The translations under genes were made by a program, and so were the position numbers. Shown here in pieces: positions 1 through 12,503 of a stretch of DNA of 64,000 nucleotides. Position 1 is the first letter of the stretch, and the number at the start of each line of letters is the position of its first letter. The notes beneath the pieces were generated by a model. That model was not told the DNA's origin. It saw only the letters and a list, made by a program, of their open reading frames with translations, and did no database searches. Location of the stretch: NCBI RefSeq assembly GCF_009914755.1, contig NC_060930.1; one strand, written 5' to 3'. This DNA is from the human T2T-CHM13v2.0 reference genome, Homo sapiens.

Positions 1-384
1 TGGCAGTGCCACCAAGGGCCTCTTTAAGCCCCTTTGAAGCCGCGGAGCCCCGCGCCGCAGGAGGCCCCGCCGCTATGCCAGCTATGCCAGCTATGTCCCT
101 GCTGCCGCCGGCCGCCACCGCTCCCCCATTAATGCTGGCTAATCTGGCTAATAAATAAACTCCCCTCCCAGCCCCAGCCCCGCGCCGACTCCTCCCCGCC
201 CCCGCAGAATCGATGTCAGGGCTCGACTAGAGCAAGCGCCCGCACTCCACCCCACTCCCTCGAGATGTAGCTGACGTTTTTTCTTATGGCTGCCCTAGGT
301 CTGTAGCCCGTCGGGGATTCTCGGGGAGACGTGGGATTTCGGAGGTCTCCGCCTAGCCACTGCGTTTGCCTTCCTCTTTTCCAG

Positions 385-824
385 TCCACCTGCGCACCAG
401 GGGCAGGACACGTGGCTGGGTGCAGACGCTGGCCCGGATGTCGCGGAGGACTCGCGGGCCGGTAGAGCGCGCGGCGGCGGCGGCGGCGGCGGGAGGAGAC
501 GCAGGTCACGCCCCCTTCCCACCACCTCCCGCCGCCGACGGGGCGCGCGCGCCGAGGAGCCCGGGACAGGTGACTCCTAGAGGACTGCGTCTGCGCCTCC
601 CCCGGCGGGAGTCCCTTCTTCGCGGCCTCTGCCGCCCCCTGCGTCCCCTCCTGGGCTTCCGAGAGTCTGACTCAGCCAAGCCGGCATCGCTTCGCCTCCT
701 ACAACACACCCCGAGCGCGAGAAGAAATTACAGGATTGCAGGGGCACGGCTAATGCGCTCTAATTACCCACCGCCGCTGTCATCCGCGGCGCTCCGCGGC
801 GCTGGGCCAACGCGCCGTAATTAA
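385..824 (+). CDS. C6orf223: Terminal exon ORF segment of the C6orf223 model (Arg/Pro/Ala-rich, poly-Ala; coding status doubtful, reclassified as lncRNA LINC03040)
   Basis: Pyrimidine tract plus CAG (TTCCTCTTTTCCAG, 371-384) opens in phase 1 into the 366..824 frame, which ends in TAA. The peptide ...RAAAAAAAGGDAGHAPFPPPP...GAGPTRRN matches my recollection of C6orf223. The TTG start in the ORF track is probably intronic. Confidence 0.65.
471..491 (+). repeat. (GCG)7 trinucleotide repeat, in frame as poly-Ala
   Basis: Read directly from the sequence. Confidence 0.95.
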
Positions 825-2099
825 GACGCCGCTCCCCGGTCCCGGAACCCTCCCTTCGCCACCCTCCACCCACCCACCTCGCGGTCCCCAGGACCACTGG
901 CTGCCAACTCCTGCCGCCCTCTGGGACTGCCCCTCAGTCCCAGGAGAGCTATGAGGCCTCACTGGGGGCAGAACTTGGGGAGACCGAAGCCGGCCCTTCC
1001 ACTCCCCTAAACCTACAGTCCTGGAAGGTCTCTGCTGGAAGAGACTGGGAGAGTGGGGAGGGGCCAGGGACCTATTTCGTTGACAGAAACAGTGAGGTCT
1101 ATTGGAAAGTTAGCCTTCAGTGGGAGGAGTGGCAAAGGCACGCAGGGCAGCAGTACCCCCGTTTGGCACTTGAGGCACGGAGAAGGGAAGGGAAGTCCGC
1201 CCAGCCAGAACTCCCAGACCCGCTCGTTTAACAGTGGCTTTATGAGCAGCACGACGGACTCCCTCCCCTGGCGGGGAAATTACCTTCCTGCGAAGAAAGG
1301 TGACATCCCCGCCACAGACACGGAGGCCCCGCCTGCTGGCCAGCTGTGGCCGCCATAGGGGAGCTGGTGAGGAGTGAGGTGGCTCTGGCCTCCCATGTCA
1401 GGTAGGGTGAGAGAGGCCCTGAAGATAGAAGCCAGGCCCGAAGGCCAGAATTAAAGGGGTAGCTTGGCCATCAGCTCCTTCCCCCAAAACCAGGCTCAGA
1501 GCTCTCCTCTATCAGCAATTCTTTCCTGAGGTCCAGGGTGTTGCAAACTCATGGCCTTGGGCCACGTTTTACCTTCAGTGAGGTTTTGTTTGGCTTGCAA
1601 TGAGTACATGGGTTTTAGGTTGAATGTGAGAGTCTGCAGACAATGTGGGTTCTCCGACTGCCCTCCCAGTGAAGGTGGACCTCTGATTTAGACCGGCCCG
1701 CTGGGCCCGTGCCTACATCCTTTTCCTCAGCGTCAGGATCTTAGTCCCCATGATTGCTGCCCCTTTGTGGTCTGCATGTTTCTTGGTAAGGGTGCCCAGT
1801 CAGGTGTCTCTGGGAGCCCCCTCTTCTCTGTCATCGTCAGGCTCCCCACTTGCAGTGGCCGTGGTGGCTGCACATGCTCCCGGATACCCCTCCAGCACTC
1901 CCTTTTGTCATCTTGAGTTTCAGTCCGTGACTTGGGTGGCACCCTATCTTCTCCATCAGGGATGGTAGCTATTTTTCTGCCATGAGACTAGAGGTTGCTT
2001 GAGAACAGGAAATTGGATCTCTCCCTTCAGGCTGGGATTTCACTAAGGGCTGGAGAAGGGGGGAATATGGGAGGATTATCTCCTATCACAGGGAGCGCT

Positions 2100-2735
2100 C
2101 TGAGGGCAAGGCTGTGTCTCCGATTCAGACTGACGGTTCCCTGAGGATGGGGCTGTTTCTCCCCTCCGACTGGGGCTCCCTGAGGATGGGGCTGTTTCTC
2201 CCCTCCGACTGGGGCTCCCTGAGGACAGGGCTGTGTCTCCCCTCAGCCTGGGACTCCCTGAGTCAGGGCTGTGTCTCCCCTCAGACTGGGGCTCCCTGAG
2301 GACGGGGCTGTGTCTGCCTCAGACTGGGAATCCCTGAAGATGGGGCCGTGTCTCCCTCAAAGTGGGGCTCCCTCAGGACAGCGTGGTGTCTCCCCTCAGA
2401 CTGCGGCTCCCTGAGGACGGGGCTGTGTCTCCCTCAGACTGGGGCTCCCTGAAGAAAGGGCTGCTTCTCCCTCAGACAGGAGCTCCCTGAAGATGGGGCT
2501 GTGTCCCCCTCAGACTGGGGCTGCCTGAGGACGAGGCTGCATCTCCCCTCAGACTGGAGCTCCCTGAGGGCAGGGCTGTCTCCCCCCTTCAGACTGGGGC
2601 CTCCCCCAAAGGACAGGGACTGTGTCTCCCCTGGGACTAGGTTCTTTGTGTCTTCTGCATCAGACAGATTCCCATGAGGACAGGGCTGTCTCCCCCTCCA
2701 TCTGGAGCTCCCTGAAGGCAATGGCCTCTCCCCTC
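2100..2735 (+). repeat. Minisatellite, ~16 copies of a 38-39 bp unit GGGGCTGTGTCTCCCCTCAGACTGGGGCTCCCTGAGGAC
   Basis: Unit marker recurs at ~2141, 2180, 2219, 2258, 2296, 2334, 2372, 2411, 2449, 2487, 2525, 2564. Copies degenerate toward both ends. Confidence 0.95.
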
Positions 2736-4816
2736 AAATGGGACATTTGCACCCCACCCCACCCTCTGGCTCCCCATGGCGCCCAGGCATTCCTCCCAGG
2801 ACACCATTTGTCACGCTTTGATGAATGAAACTTACTAAGAATAACTCAGTCCTTGTAGACTCTAAAGGACAGGGGGAGGGAGAGGGAGGAGGCTGGTGAT
2901 TGTGGGGGTGCTGGGGGAGGGAGGACACAATCCATTTATTCAATAGCATTTCCTGAGTCCCCAGCTGGGCACTGGGGGAGACACAGTGAGTGCCACAGAG
3001 CCCCCTACTGTGCCATTTCTGCCACTGACTGCCAGGGCAGACCCTGAGACAGAAAGTTCAGGTTCCTGCTTCAGAGCCTCCCCACCCCAGCAGTCATTAC
3101 CTCAGGGCCACCCAGCCCCCTCCATGCCAGTCATGAGCTCCCTCTGCCCCTCCCTTCAGTGGAGGGGAGACTTTGAAATCAGGTGCTTGGGGTGGGGGCG
3201 CTGCTCCCAGTGGGGGTGTGAGGAACCTGGAGGATGAATCCCTGTCCCCTGCCCTCCCCCTACTCTATTCTTCCTTACCCTGCCCCTTTCCACTCCAAAA
3301 CCTCAAGCCTCTGGTTCACATCTGAGTGACCTTTCCAAAGCAACTGTTCTCAGGGGGTCCTTGGGAGCCGGGAGGCTGTGACCTTAACCCACTTATTTGG
3401 ACAGTGCCTTCCTGGCACTCCACCCCCACCTGCCACCTCCTGAGAGGAACATTTCGGCTGGTCTTGGCAAAAACATCAGTCTATGATCCAGGCAGCCTGG
3501 TACAGTACCAGCTCTGCCACTGACACCACTGTGACCTTGGGAAGCCATTTACACATATGGGTCTCAGTTTCTCCATATGTAAAATGACTTTTGTTTAGCT
3601 TTCCTGATTTTCAAACCTTTTTTTCAAACAGTGAATCCTCTTGTTTAAATTGTAAATCATGTGGCATCTCTGTTCTCTGTGGTAACATAGGAAAAAGGTC
3701 GGGGGTTCTTTGGTCAAAATAGGGGTGGGCTTCATGCCCCAGCGGTTAGTCCATGACACACGAATGCACACATACGTGTGCGCACAGATCAGCTCCTGGG
3801 CACTGCAGAGTCCACTTCACAAACGTATGAACTCTGAAATCCTTTCCTGCTCAAACATTCTGGGACCCTGACAGGACCGGGAGCTCTAGAACCAGGGGTG
3901 CCGACAGCTCTAAGGAGGAGGCTGTGATTTCAGACCCCTGGGCCTGGGGCTGGGGCTTGAGCCAGCAGGAGTTCCTTTCCACACTTGGGTCCAAAGTCAC
4001 TGCCTGGGCAAACCCTCACTGCTCTCTGCCCTCCCCACCCATCCAAGCCAGAGGTCAGATAGGCTTGTCTGATGCTGAGCCCCCTTAGAGGGGTGGCGGG
4101 GGCCAAGTGGAGACAGAGTGTCCTTCCTCAGTGGGGAGGGGCAGCAGGTTGGGTGGCAGGCTCTGGGAGTTCTTCTCTGGAATCCCTCTCACATGCCTCG
4201 GAGGAGGGTCAGAGTGGTAGGGTGGGAGGGCCAGCAGGGCCCTGCAGTGGCTGAGGGCTGGGGGCTGACCCCAGGAAGCCCAAGGCGGGCAGCATAGGTA
4301 GGGGAGACTCAGGGAGCTGCACCACTCCATCCACAAGTGTGAGAATTTGATACCAACAGGGAACGCAGGTAGGACAGGGCCCATCAGACACTGATGACAG
4401 GAAGGCAAGAGTGAAGAGAGGAGCAAGTACAGCCCAGGGAAGAAAAAAGTCACCAATAAGAGGCAGGCCTAGGCCTGGGCTCCCAGCTTGGGGCAGCAGA
4501 GCAGATCCCTTCAAGGGAGAAACCACAGATATGCCCCAGCCTCTCCTTGATGCTGTGAGTCAGGGGTGCTTAGAAAGGCTCGTGTTCAGTTCCAAATGCC
4601 CAGGGTCACCACGAAGGAGGTGCTGCCCCCTCCCCTGCACCCCAAGCAACCTGCATCTGCATGGCCCTGGAGAGGCCATTGCTCCTGATTTCCCTCAGGA
4701 AACATGGCCAGGGAGCTGCTGTGAGAGTTTTCCCCGAGTCCCCACCTCCCTGAGATGTACAATGAGGGAAGGGAAGAGGTATCTCACCGACTTCTGCCCT
4801 TCCATCTCAAACAAAG

Positions 4817-4829
4817 ACACACACACACA

Positions 4830-4871
<42 letters not shown>

Positions 4872-4885
4872 GTCTCTCTCTCTTT
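4817..4885 (+). repeat. Compound (CA)n(CT)n microsatellite
   Basis: Read directly from the sequence. Confidence 0.95.
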
Positions 4886-4949
4886 CTGGCATTTGTCCCC
4901 AGAGAGTGCCTAGAGACTTCACAGCCTTGGCCCTGGAAACCCCTAGACA

Positions 4950-5950
4950 GCCGCTATGTTGCCAGGCACGGCTCTGGGCACTGAGGCTACAGCAATGAAA
5001 AAATCAGCCAAGTTCTCTGCCTTCATGGTGCTCACATTCTAGGCAGAGAAAGACAGATGATCAACAAGTGAAAAAATCATAAAGCTCAGGTCATGGTGTG
5101 GCAAGTATTAGAGTGGAGAGCGATGGGGTGGGGTGGGGGCGCTGTTTTATATGGGGTGGTCCAAAAATATCTTGGTGAGGTGGTGACATTTGAGTGGAAA
5201 CCTGGACAGCAAGAAGCTAGTCGTGCTTTGGGGTCAAAAGGACTCCAAAATTTCAGTTTTTTAAATGGAAAACATGTGTTTACCCATAAACATTAAAGAG
5301 CAGGGAAATTAGAACTATGTTTCTGGAGCACCTATTATATGTCTAGCACCATGATGGAAAATTCATAGACATCATTTCCCACCGCCCTCTTCAGAACCCT
5401 GTGTGTCACATAGCATTGTTTTCATTTTACAGATATCAAATGAGAAATCCATAGAGATTATTTCACGCATTTAATAAGATTTATTGAGTATTCACCTCTG
5501 AAAACACTGTAATAAATCCCATACGGACCCTGCCCTCCTAGAGCCTACAGTCTGTGACAGCGAGGAGAACGGTCAGGGAGGGCTTCCTGGAGAAGCCCAT
5601 GTCTAAACTGAGCCCGAAAGGATGAGGAGGGGGTGACAATTGAAGTGAGTTGGCGGGGCCCGAATTTTAGGCAGAAGGAGCAGCCTGCACAAAGGCCTGG
5701 AGCCTGGAGCACACGGCTCCCTGCAGTTACAGCAGGGAAGTGAGAGTCGTGCAGGATGGCCCAGCCTGGAGCGGGAGTGGGGCAAGCTAAGGCTGGGGGG
5801 TTGGCTGGGGCTGGGCAAGAGGGGCAGGGTAGGTCTGGACTTCCTTCATGGGAGACCATGCTACGAAAGGGTTATAAACAGAGAAGTAGCAGGGCCAGGT
5901 GTCTCTTTAAAAGGCTTCCTGTGGGGGCTGAGGCAAGGAGTGGGCTGGGG
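4950..5950 (-). mobile_element. L2 fragments with an intervening MIR-like piece
   Basis: Typical antisense L2 3'-end text (TATGTTGCCAGGCAC...CTCACATTCTAG; GGGAGGGCTTCCTGGAG...GCACAAAGGCCTGGAG). Confidence 0.65.
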
Positions 5951-7220
5951 GCTGGGAGAGGGGGTGTGGCACCAGCAGCAGTGAGACTGGTGGGCAGAAG
6001 TAAAGGACTGAGGAGGGGGTCCTGGCCAGGTTCCTGAGGAGGCTGGGGTGGTGAGTAGGACCCTGCAGGCAGGGCGGATGAGCCACTTGGTGTGGCTGTT
6101 AGGCAGGGCAGGTGAGTGGAGCCCTAGCCAGAGCTCTGATGACCTGGCTACCTCCAAGTGACAGGGTTACCAATGGCAAAAGGTGGATGCCAGCCAACAG
6201 CAAGGCCTATCAGGCAATTCCTACAGGCTCACACATTGTACCCACATGTACACACAGGTGTGTGCACACCACACAGACACACAAATACACATGCATCTGG
6301 CCCCACTCCCCCATCTGTATTGATAATGGGCTGGGAAGGGGCACGGGAGCCGGGGCAGAGATCACAGAACAGCAGCACCTTGCTTAGCTCAAGCCTCAGG
6401 CCCTGTGCACCTCTTTCTGGAGCCCCAGGGCAGATGCCATTCCATAGCTCGGGCCTGTAAGTGCCCCAACTCCTCATATTCCCTGAGAACCTGCTTGTAG
6501 GTACCTAATCTAGGATAAGCAGACTCCCTCCTGGTCACATTAACAGGGAATGCATCCCTGAGCTTCACAGCCAGCAGCAGAATCCAGACTCGGACAGACC
6601 CTGATGGGTGGAGGGAATAGGCCATACCAGAGAGATGAGCATTCACAGGACCAGCGCGAGGACTCGAACTCAAGGTGAGACACTCAACAGCTCAAACACA
6701 GTCTGGGGGAGGCCACACGTAAGAACAATTTGTGTGAACATTACTGGGAGGAGCCTTGCCCCTCAGGGAGCAATGAGCGTGCAGACTTGGGCTGCACTAA
6801 TGGGAGGGCTGAGTCCAACCAGAGAGGGGCTGCTCCCTGGGCACCAAGCTGGCCAGGCCCTCCTGGAGCAGTGGGTCCAGACCTGGGGACCTCCTCAAGG
6901 GGACAGTGACAAAAAGAGTGACAGGGTGGGGAGGAGTCCAGAAACCCCATCATCTAAGGAAGCGCCACAGGGGTGTTTCACCCCAAGAAAGAAAGCCCTT
7001 TCTGTGGATGCTATCCCACTTTTACATGCTCTACCTGATGCCTCGCCCTGGTCTTGGGGTTGCACTTAATAGAGGCAGCTTTGCAGGTACCCGTTTGGTT
7101 GATCTGTGGTGCCTCCCTAACTAGGCTGTAAGTAGCGTGAGGTCAAGGGCTGTATATGCTTTTTACCATTGTTTTCCTGGTGCCTGTCCCATACTGGAAG
7201 CTCAATAACTGTCTATACAT

Positions 7221-7460
7221 GGAAAGAAGAAGGAAAGAGGGAAGGAAGAAAAAGGAAGGAAGGAAGGGAGGAAGGGAGGAAGGGAAGAGGGAGGAAGGGA
7301 GGTAGGAAGGAGGGAGGAGGGAAGGAGGGAAGGAGGGAGGGAGAAAGGGAGGGAGGAAGGGAGAAGGGAAGGAGGGAGGAAAGTGGGGAGGTAGGAAGGG
7401 AGGGAGGGCGGAGGGGAGGGGAAGGGAAAGGGAAGGGGGGAAGAAAGGAAGAAAGAGAGT
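7221..7460 (+). repeat. GA-rich polypurine tract
   Basis: About 240 bp with only 4 pyrimidines. Confidence 0.95.
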
Positions 7461-8869
7461 TGAGCATGCCTTGAATGCTCTGAAGGCTGCCATGCAAAGG
7501 AGGGTTAAACTGGTTCTCCAGGAGCAGAAGAAATGCCAGCAGAAGGTGAACTCAGGGAGTCAGTTTTTAAATCACCGACAGTAGGAAATCTTAAAAGTCA
7601 GATGGTCACAATGTCGATTGGATGATCCCAAAGGACTACGAGCTTCTCAGGAATGAGTTTAAGCAGAAGCAAAAGTAGCGCTTCACAGAGGTGCTGTTGC
7701 TTCAATGAAGGAACCAATGAATGGTGAGTGAATTAATGAATGAATGAATGAAACTTTACCACTGAATACTACAGAGAATTTCACATGCTGGACAGAAGAC
7801 TGGAGACCTCTGACGTTTGTCTCAGAAGTGAGTCTGTGAGACTGGTGCTATGCCAGACCCCAGGTAGGCAACGAGCCATGGGCCCTGTCCTCAAAGAGCC
7901 CAGTGAGAGATGCACGCAGCACACGCACAGAGGCAGAAAACACACTTTGAATCTCTCTAGCAACCCCAGACAGGTCATGCTGGAAGACATTCATAGCAGT
8001 GCAAGGAGAAGCGTCTTGAGAGAAGCTCAGCCCTGACTCCGCTCCCCATACCTTCTCAGCTTTCTCAAGGAGGTAACTTTCTAGAACCCCCTTTGGGCCA
8101 CTTTCCCAGGGGTGACCCTTTGGCACACGTCTGTCCTGAGGTCGTGGCCTGTCTGGCAGCCTCCTCCTCAGGGTTAGGAGTGGGGTTGGCACCTGGCCAT
8201 CCTGCAGAGGGCAGGGGTAGGTGCTTCAACAGCCCCAGCTCTGGGACATGTGCAGGTGCCCTAGTTCCAAGCCCCCACTGGCAGGTTCAGAAGCCTGAGA
8301 CACATGGCCAGGCCCTGACCCCTTGCCTGCAAGCTTCCTAAGAGCAGGGATCATCTCTTACCTGCCTCGGTCTCTCAGTGCTGGCACAGCATGGCTACTC
8401 AGTGTATGTGAGCTGAGTGGCAGAGTGCCAGGGCTGGCAGAGCTGCCATGAAAAGGGGTGCTGTGCTCAGGGAGATGGAGATGGGGTGCCTTCCTAGTAG
8501 GGTGCAGTAGCACTAGGCAGGGACTAGGAAGAGCATGCAAGTCCCCTGGGCCCCCTAAGGCCAGCACCGGGTCAGACTTGTCTTCTCTCCATGTTCAGGG
8601 TCTGCCCTGTCTCCAGCAGCCCCACTGTGGCTGGTGACCTGTCAGTGACTCACAGCCAGCTGTGGGCACAGAGTGGAGAAAGTGGCCTCCAGCTGAGCTC
8701 ATGCACTAGCAATTAGCCCTCTACACCTCCTCACCATGGAGAGCCTCCCAGCTTCCACGCACGCACGTCCCAGGCTGCCCTTTCCCAACCGCAGCGTGGC
8801 TCTTGTGCTTATTTTAGCCTGATGAAGCCTCTTGAAATGTCAGAGCTGCAACCAACCAAGCTAGGGACC

Positions 8870-9290
8870 ATCCAGTTCAATCCTTTCATTCAACCAGGGA
8901 GAAAATGGGGATTCAGAGAGGGAGTGAGAGATGCGCTTCAGGTCACACAGCTAATTGGTTGTGCAGCCAGAAATGAACTGCAGGCTTCCGGAGCCCAGAT
9001 CCAGCTGTCCTTAACTCTAGGGGGCAATGTGCTTCAGGTAGCCCCTCACCAGACTTCTGGAGCCACTGGAGCCAGCACACATGTGTTTGAATCCTTCTTG
9101 GCCACTTGTCAGCTGTGAGACTATGGGCAAGTTACTCAGCATCTCCAGGCTTCTGTTTCTCCACCTGTAAAATGAGGATAACAGTGGCATGTCCCTCCCA
9201 GGTTGGTGTGAGGAATGAATGAGTTCATATATCTGAACTGCTAAAAGCAGTGCCAAGCACATAGCACACACTCAAAACACATTAGCTGAC
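8870..9290. mobile_element. Two MIR fragments
   Basis: MIR core text (GGTCACACAGCTAA; GGGCAAGTTACT...CTGTAAAATGAGGATAAC). Confidence 0.7.
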
Positions 9291-10526
9291 ATTGTGTAGT
9301 CACCAAGACTTGGTCCCTGGTGTGGAAAGTTTAAAAATTCAGTTTTATGTGTTTGTCCATGGGTGAGCAGATTCTGGGAGACCAGCCATATAACCAGACT
9401 TCTGGAAAACTGGTGGTGCTACTGTGGGGACAGGTGTTGCTGTCAGAAAGATCCACAGTAGACACAGAAACTGCCTTCCACTTTGGCAGTCACCATCTGA
9501 GACCCACAGATTGCAGACATCGAGGCAAAGGCAGTTTGGAGATTCTCAGGGCTATTCAAGCTCGGTGAGCCTGAAGAAGTGCCCTTCTGAACTCAAGAAC
9601 TGGGCCTCTGTTTGTTAATCTGAAAAATAGGGGAAATCATAGCCTTGGGCTCACTGGGTGGTTGCAGGCATTAGATCAGGTGGGACAGTACCTGAAATAA
9701 TCCTTTCTAGCCTTCCTCCTCCCTCTTTCTTTGTCACGACCCCCATCATCTGCTTGAGGCCAGTTCTCTCGATTCAGAGCTGCCTCCCCACTGGGCCCAG
9801 TTGGATAAACACTGACAAATTCTTCCCCTTCCAAGTTCCTCTTTTCCCAGTCACCAAATCTCTGATACCTCACACCAGATGAGCTATGGTCCCAGAACAT
9901 GTACAAGATTGGGGTGTTCTCATTCCAACCCTGGAGATCCTTGTTGAATGGATGACTCAGTGAATCAACAACTGCAACGATTCCCAGAACTTCCTGAAAA
10001 CTCACTCTGAGCTCTTAACATTGGGCAACACTCTGGTTTCCCCCAGAGCCCCACCACAAACCACCTCTGAGGAGAGGCGGCTCTGCAGTTGCCTCATCAC
10101 TCTTTGCTGCCCTTCATCATGCTCATTTACACGAGAACTTTCTCTGCCCTTACTTCTCCACCACCCAGTCTGGACAACCAGGTGTGTTTGCATTCTCCCC
10201 TGCAGGAGGGCAACACAACCGTTCTGCTGTCCATAACCACTGCTGGCATGCCTAGTGGTCAGTCTTGAGCCCTCTCCATCTGCCCAAGTCACAACTGTCC
10301 CCCTACCCACCCCACCCAACTTCCTATGATTGCCTGCATAGGACAACTGACTCTTCTTGCTTGCTATTCCAGCTCCACTAATAGCCCATGACCCCCTCTT
10401 AGCCCCAGCCAGCCCCACCTGTAGAGTCCTGCTACGAGTGAGCCATTCCTCCCCAGGGGCATCACCTACTCGCTGCATTCTGTTCTTCAGGACAGACTGG
10501 AGCTCCCCAGACGAGAAGGCCTAAAG

Positions 10527-10909
<383 letters not shown>

Positions 10910-11702
10910 TCATCTCCAGCTTGGTTCCAGCTTATTCCCCACCATTGGCCCGCTGTCCAGCCCTCTGCATGTTTCTGGGCCACCAGTGGTCCCTACACGC
11001 CAACCAGAGGATTCCAAGAGTATCTCACCTGGAAGATCCTAAGGAATCACCCAGTCTAGTGGAGATGGTCTCTAGAGTGTTTGAAAATGTTTTGGAGTCT
11101 TTTTCATTGTAATAGTGATTAGAGATGTTCTGGCATTGGGTGCCCCAGGCCGGGCATGCTAGATCCCACAATGGACAAGGCAGTTTGCATAGTGAAGCAT
11201 TGCACCCCTATTCTCCTTGGAGAAACACCACTTCTAGTCCAAAGTACTTCTTGTACAGTTGTAGAAACTAAGAGCCAGGGAGGATAAGGTACTGGCCCAA
11301 GACTAAGCAGCAAATTTGTCTCATAGGTATTCTAATAATGAGGATCCAAGAGTTCTGTTTCTTGGTGATTTCAATGGTATCTAGCCTCAAAATCCACTAG
11401 CAGTCACCAAGTTTGGGGCATGATGGGAGAGATGAAGACTAACGTGAGTCATTGGGAAGACTTTGTAGAGGTGTCATTTGGGCTAAGCTTTGAAGGATGA
11501 CTTGTGGACCTGTCACTCTCGAAAGTGGGAGAGGGCACAACAGACAAAATGGTCAATAGTGGGGAAAGGACTAGAGCCTAGGAGTGAAGGTGGCTGAGGA
11601 ATGAGCACAGGCTTTGGAAAGGAGAGCAGTGGAAGATGGAGGATGAAAGGAAGGTGACCTGAGGCTAGATCACAGAGGACTTTGCGTGTCAAATTGAGTA
11701 TT

Positions 11703-12003
11703 GGGGTTGGTTCCAGGACCCCTGCGGATACCAAAATCTTGGAATGCTAAAGTTCCTTATATATAATAATGTAGTATTTGCATATAACCTATGCACATCC
11801 TCCTATACACTTTAAATCATCTCTAGATTACTTATAATATCTAATACAATGTAAATGCCATATCAATAGTTATTATGCTGTACTGTTTTTATTTGTATTA
11901 TTCTTATTTTGCATTATTTTTTGTTGTTTTTTCCTCAAATATTTTTGATTTCCAGTTGGTTGAATCTACAGATATGAAACCCACAGATATAGAGGGCCAG
12001 CTG
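11703..12003 (+). mobile_element. MER2 (TcMar-Tigger non-autonomous DNA transposon)
   Basis: TTGGTTCCAGGACCCC...GGATACCAAAATC...GAGGGCCAGCTG followed by TA, matching the MER2 consensus as I recall it. Confidence 0.85.
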
Positions 12004-12254
12004 TATTTTGAGGCCAAGTTATCAGGTGCATACAAATGTAGAATTATTACATCTTCATGGAAAATTGAACATTATATCATTGTGAAATGTCTGTATATCT
12101 AGCAATGCTCTTTGCTTTAAAATCTGTTTAGTCTGATTTTAACATAGCTGCACTAGCTTTTTGTTTTTGTTAGTGTTACATGTTTTATCTTTGACTTTTA
12201 CTTTATCTCTATATTTCAGGTACATCTATGTACAGGGTGTAGCTGGATTTGGAT

Positions 12255-12503
12255 TCTTTTTTCTTTTTATGAGACAGGGTCTTACTCTGTTGCCCAGGCT
12301 GAAGTGCAATGGCATGATCACACCTCTCTACATGCTCACTGCTCACAACAGGCATGCATCACCACGCCCAGATAATTTTTGTATTTTTTGTAGAGATGGG
12401 TTTTCTCTATGTTGCCCAGGCTGGTCTGTAGCTCCTGGGCTCAAGTGATCCTCTCACCTTGGCCTCCCAAAGTGCTGAGATTATAGGCATGAGCCACTGT
12501 GCC
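12255..12503 (-). mobile_element. AluJ-like element with an internal deletion
   Basis: GAGACAGGGTCT...GAGCCACTGTGCC, with part of the right arm missing. Confidence 0.85.

Larger units (their letters stand above)
1..960. promoter_or_regulatory. CpG island with a GC box and embedded TAAT/ATTA motif clusters
   Basis: Very high GC and undepleted CpG from 1 to ~900, unlike the rest of the window. CCCCGCCC near 194. The island probably continues left of the window. Confidence 0.9.

Noticed and set aside
72-98. GCTATGCCA x3, and other tiny tandem duplications (47936-47962, 51782-51806, 34081-34111)
   Set aside because: Ordinary slippage products with no further support.
150-159. Overlapping AATAAA hexamers
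   Set aside because: They lie inside a CpG island upstream of the acceptor with no GU-rich downstream element, and are better read as part of the homeodomain/forkhead-like cluster.
2100-2735. CRISPR-like periodicity (~39 bp)
   Set aside because: The units are head-to-tail with no unique spacers, there are no cas genes, and the DNA is primate.
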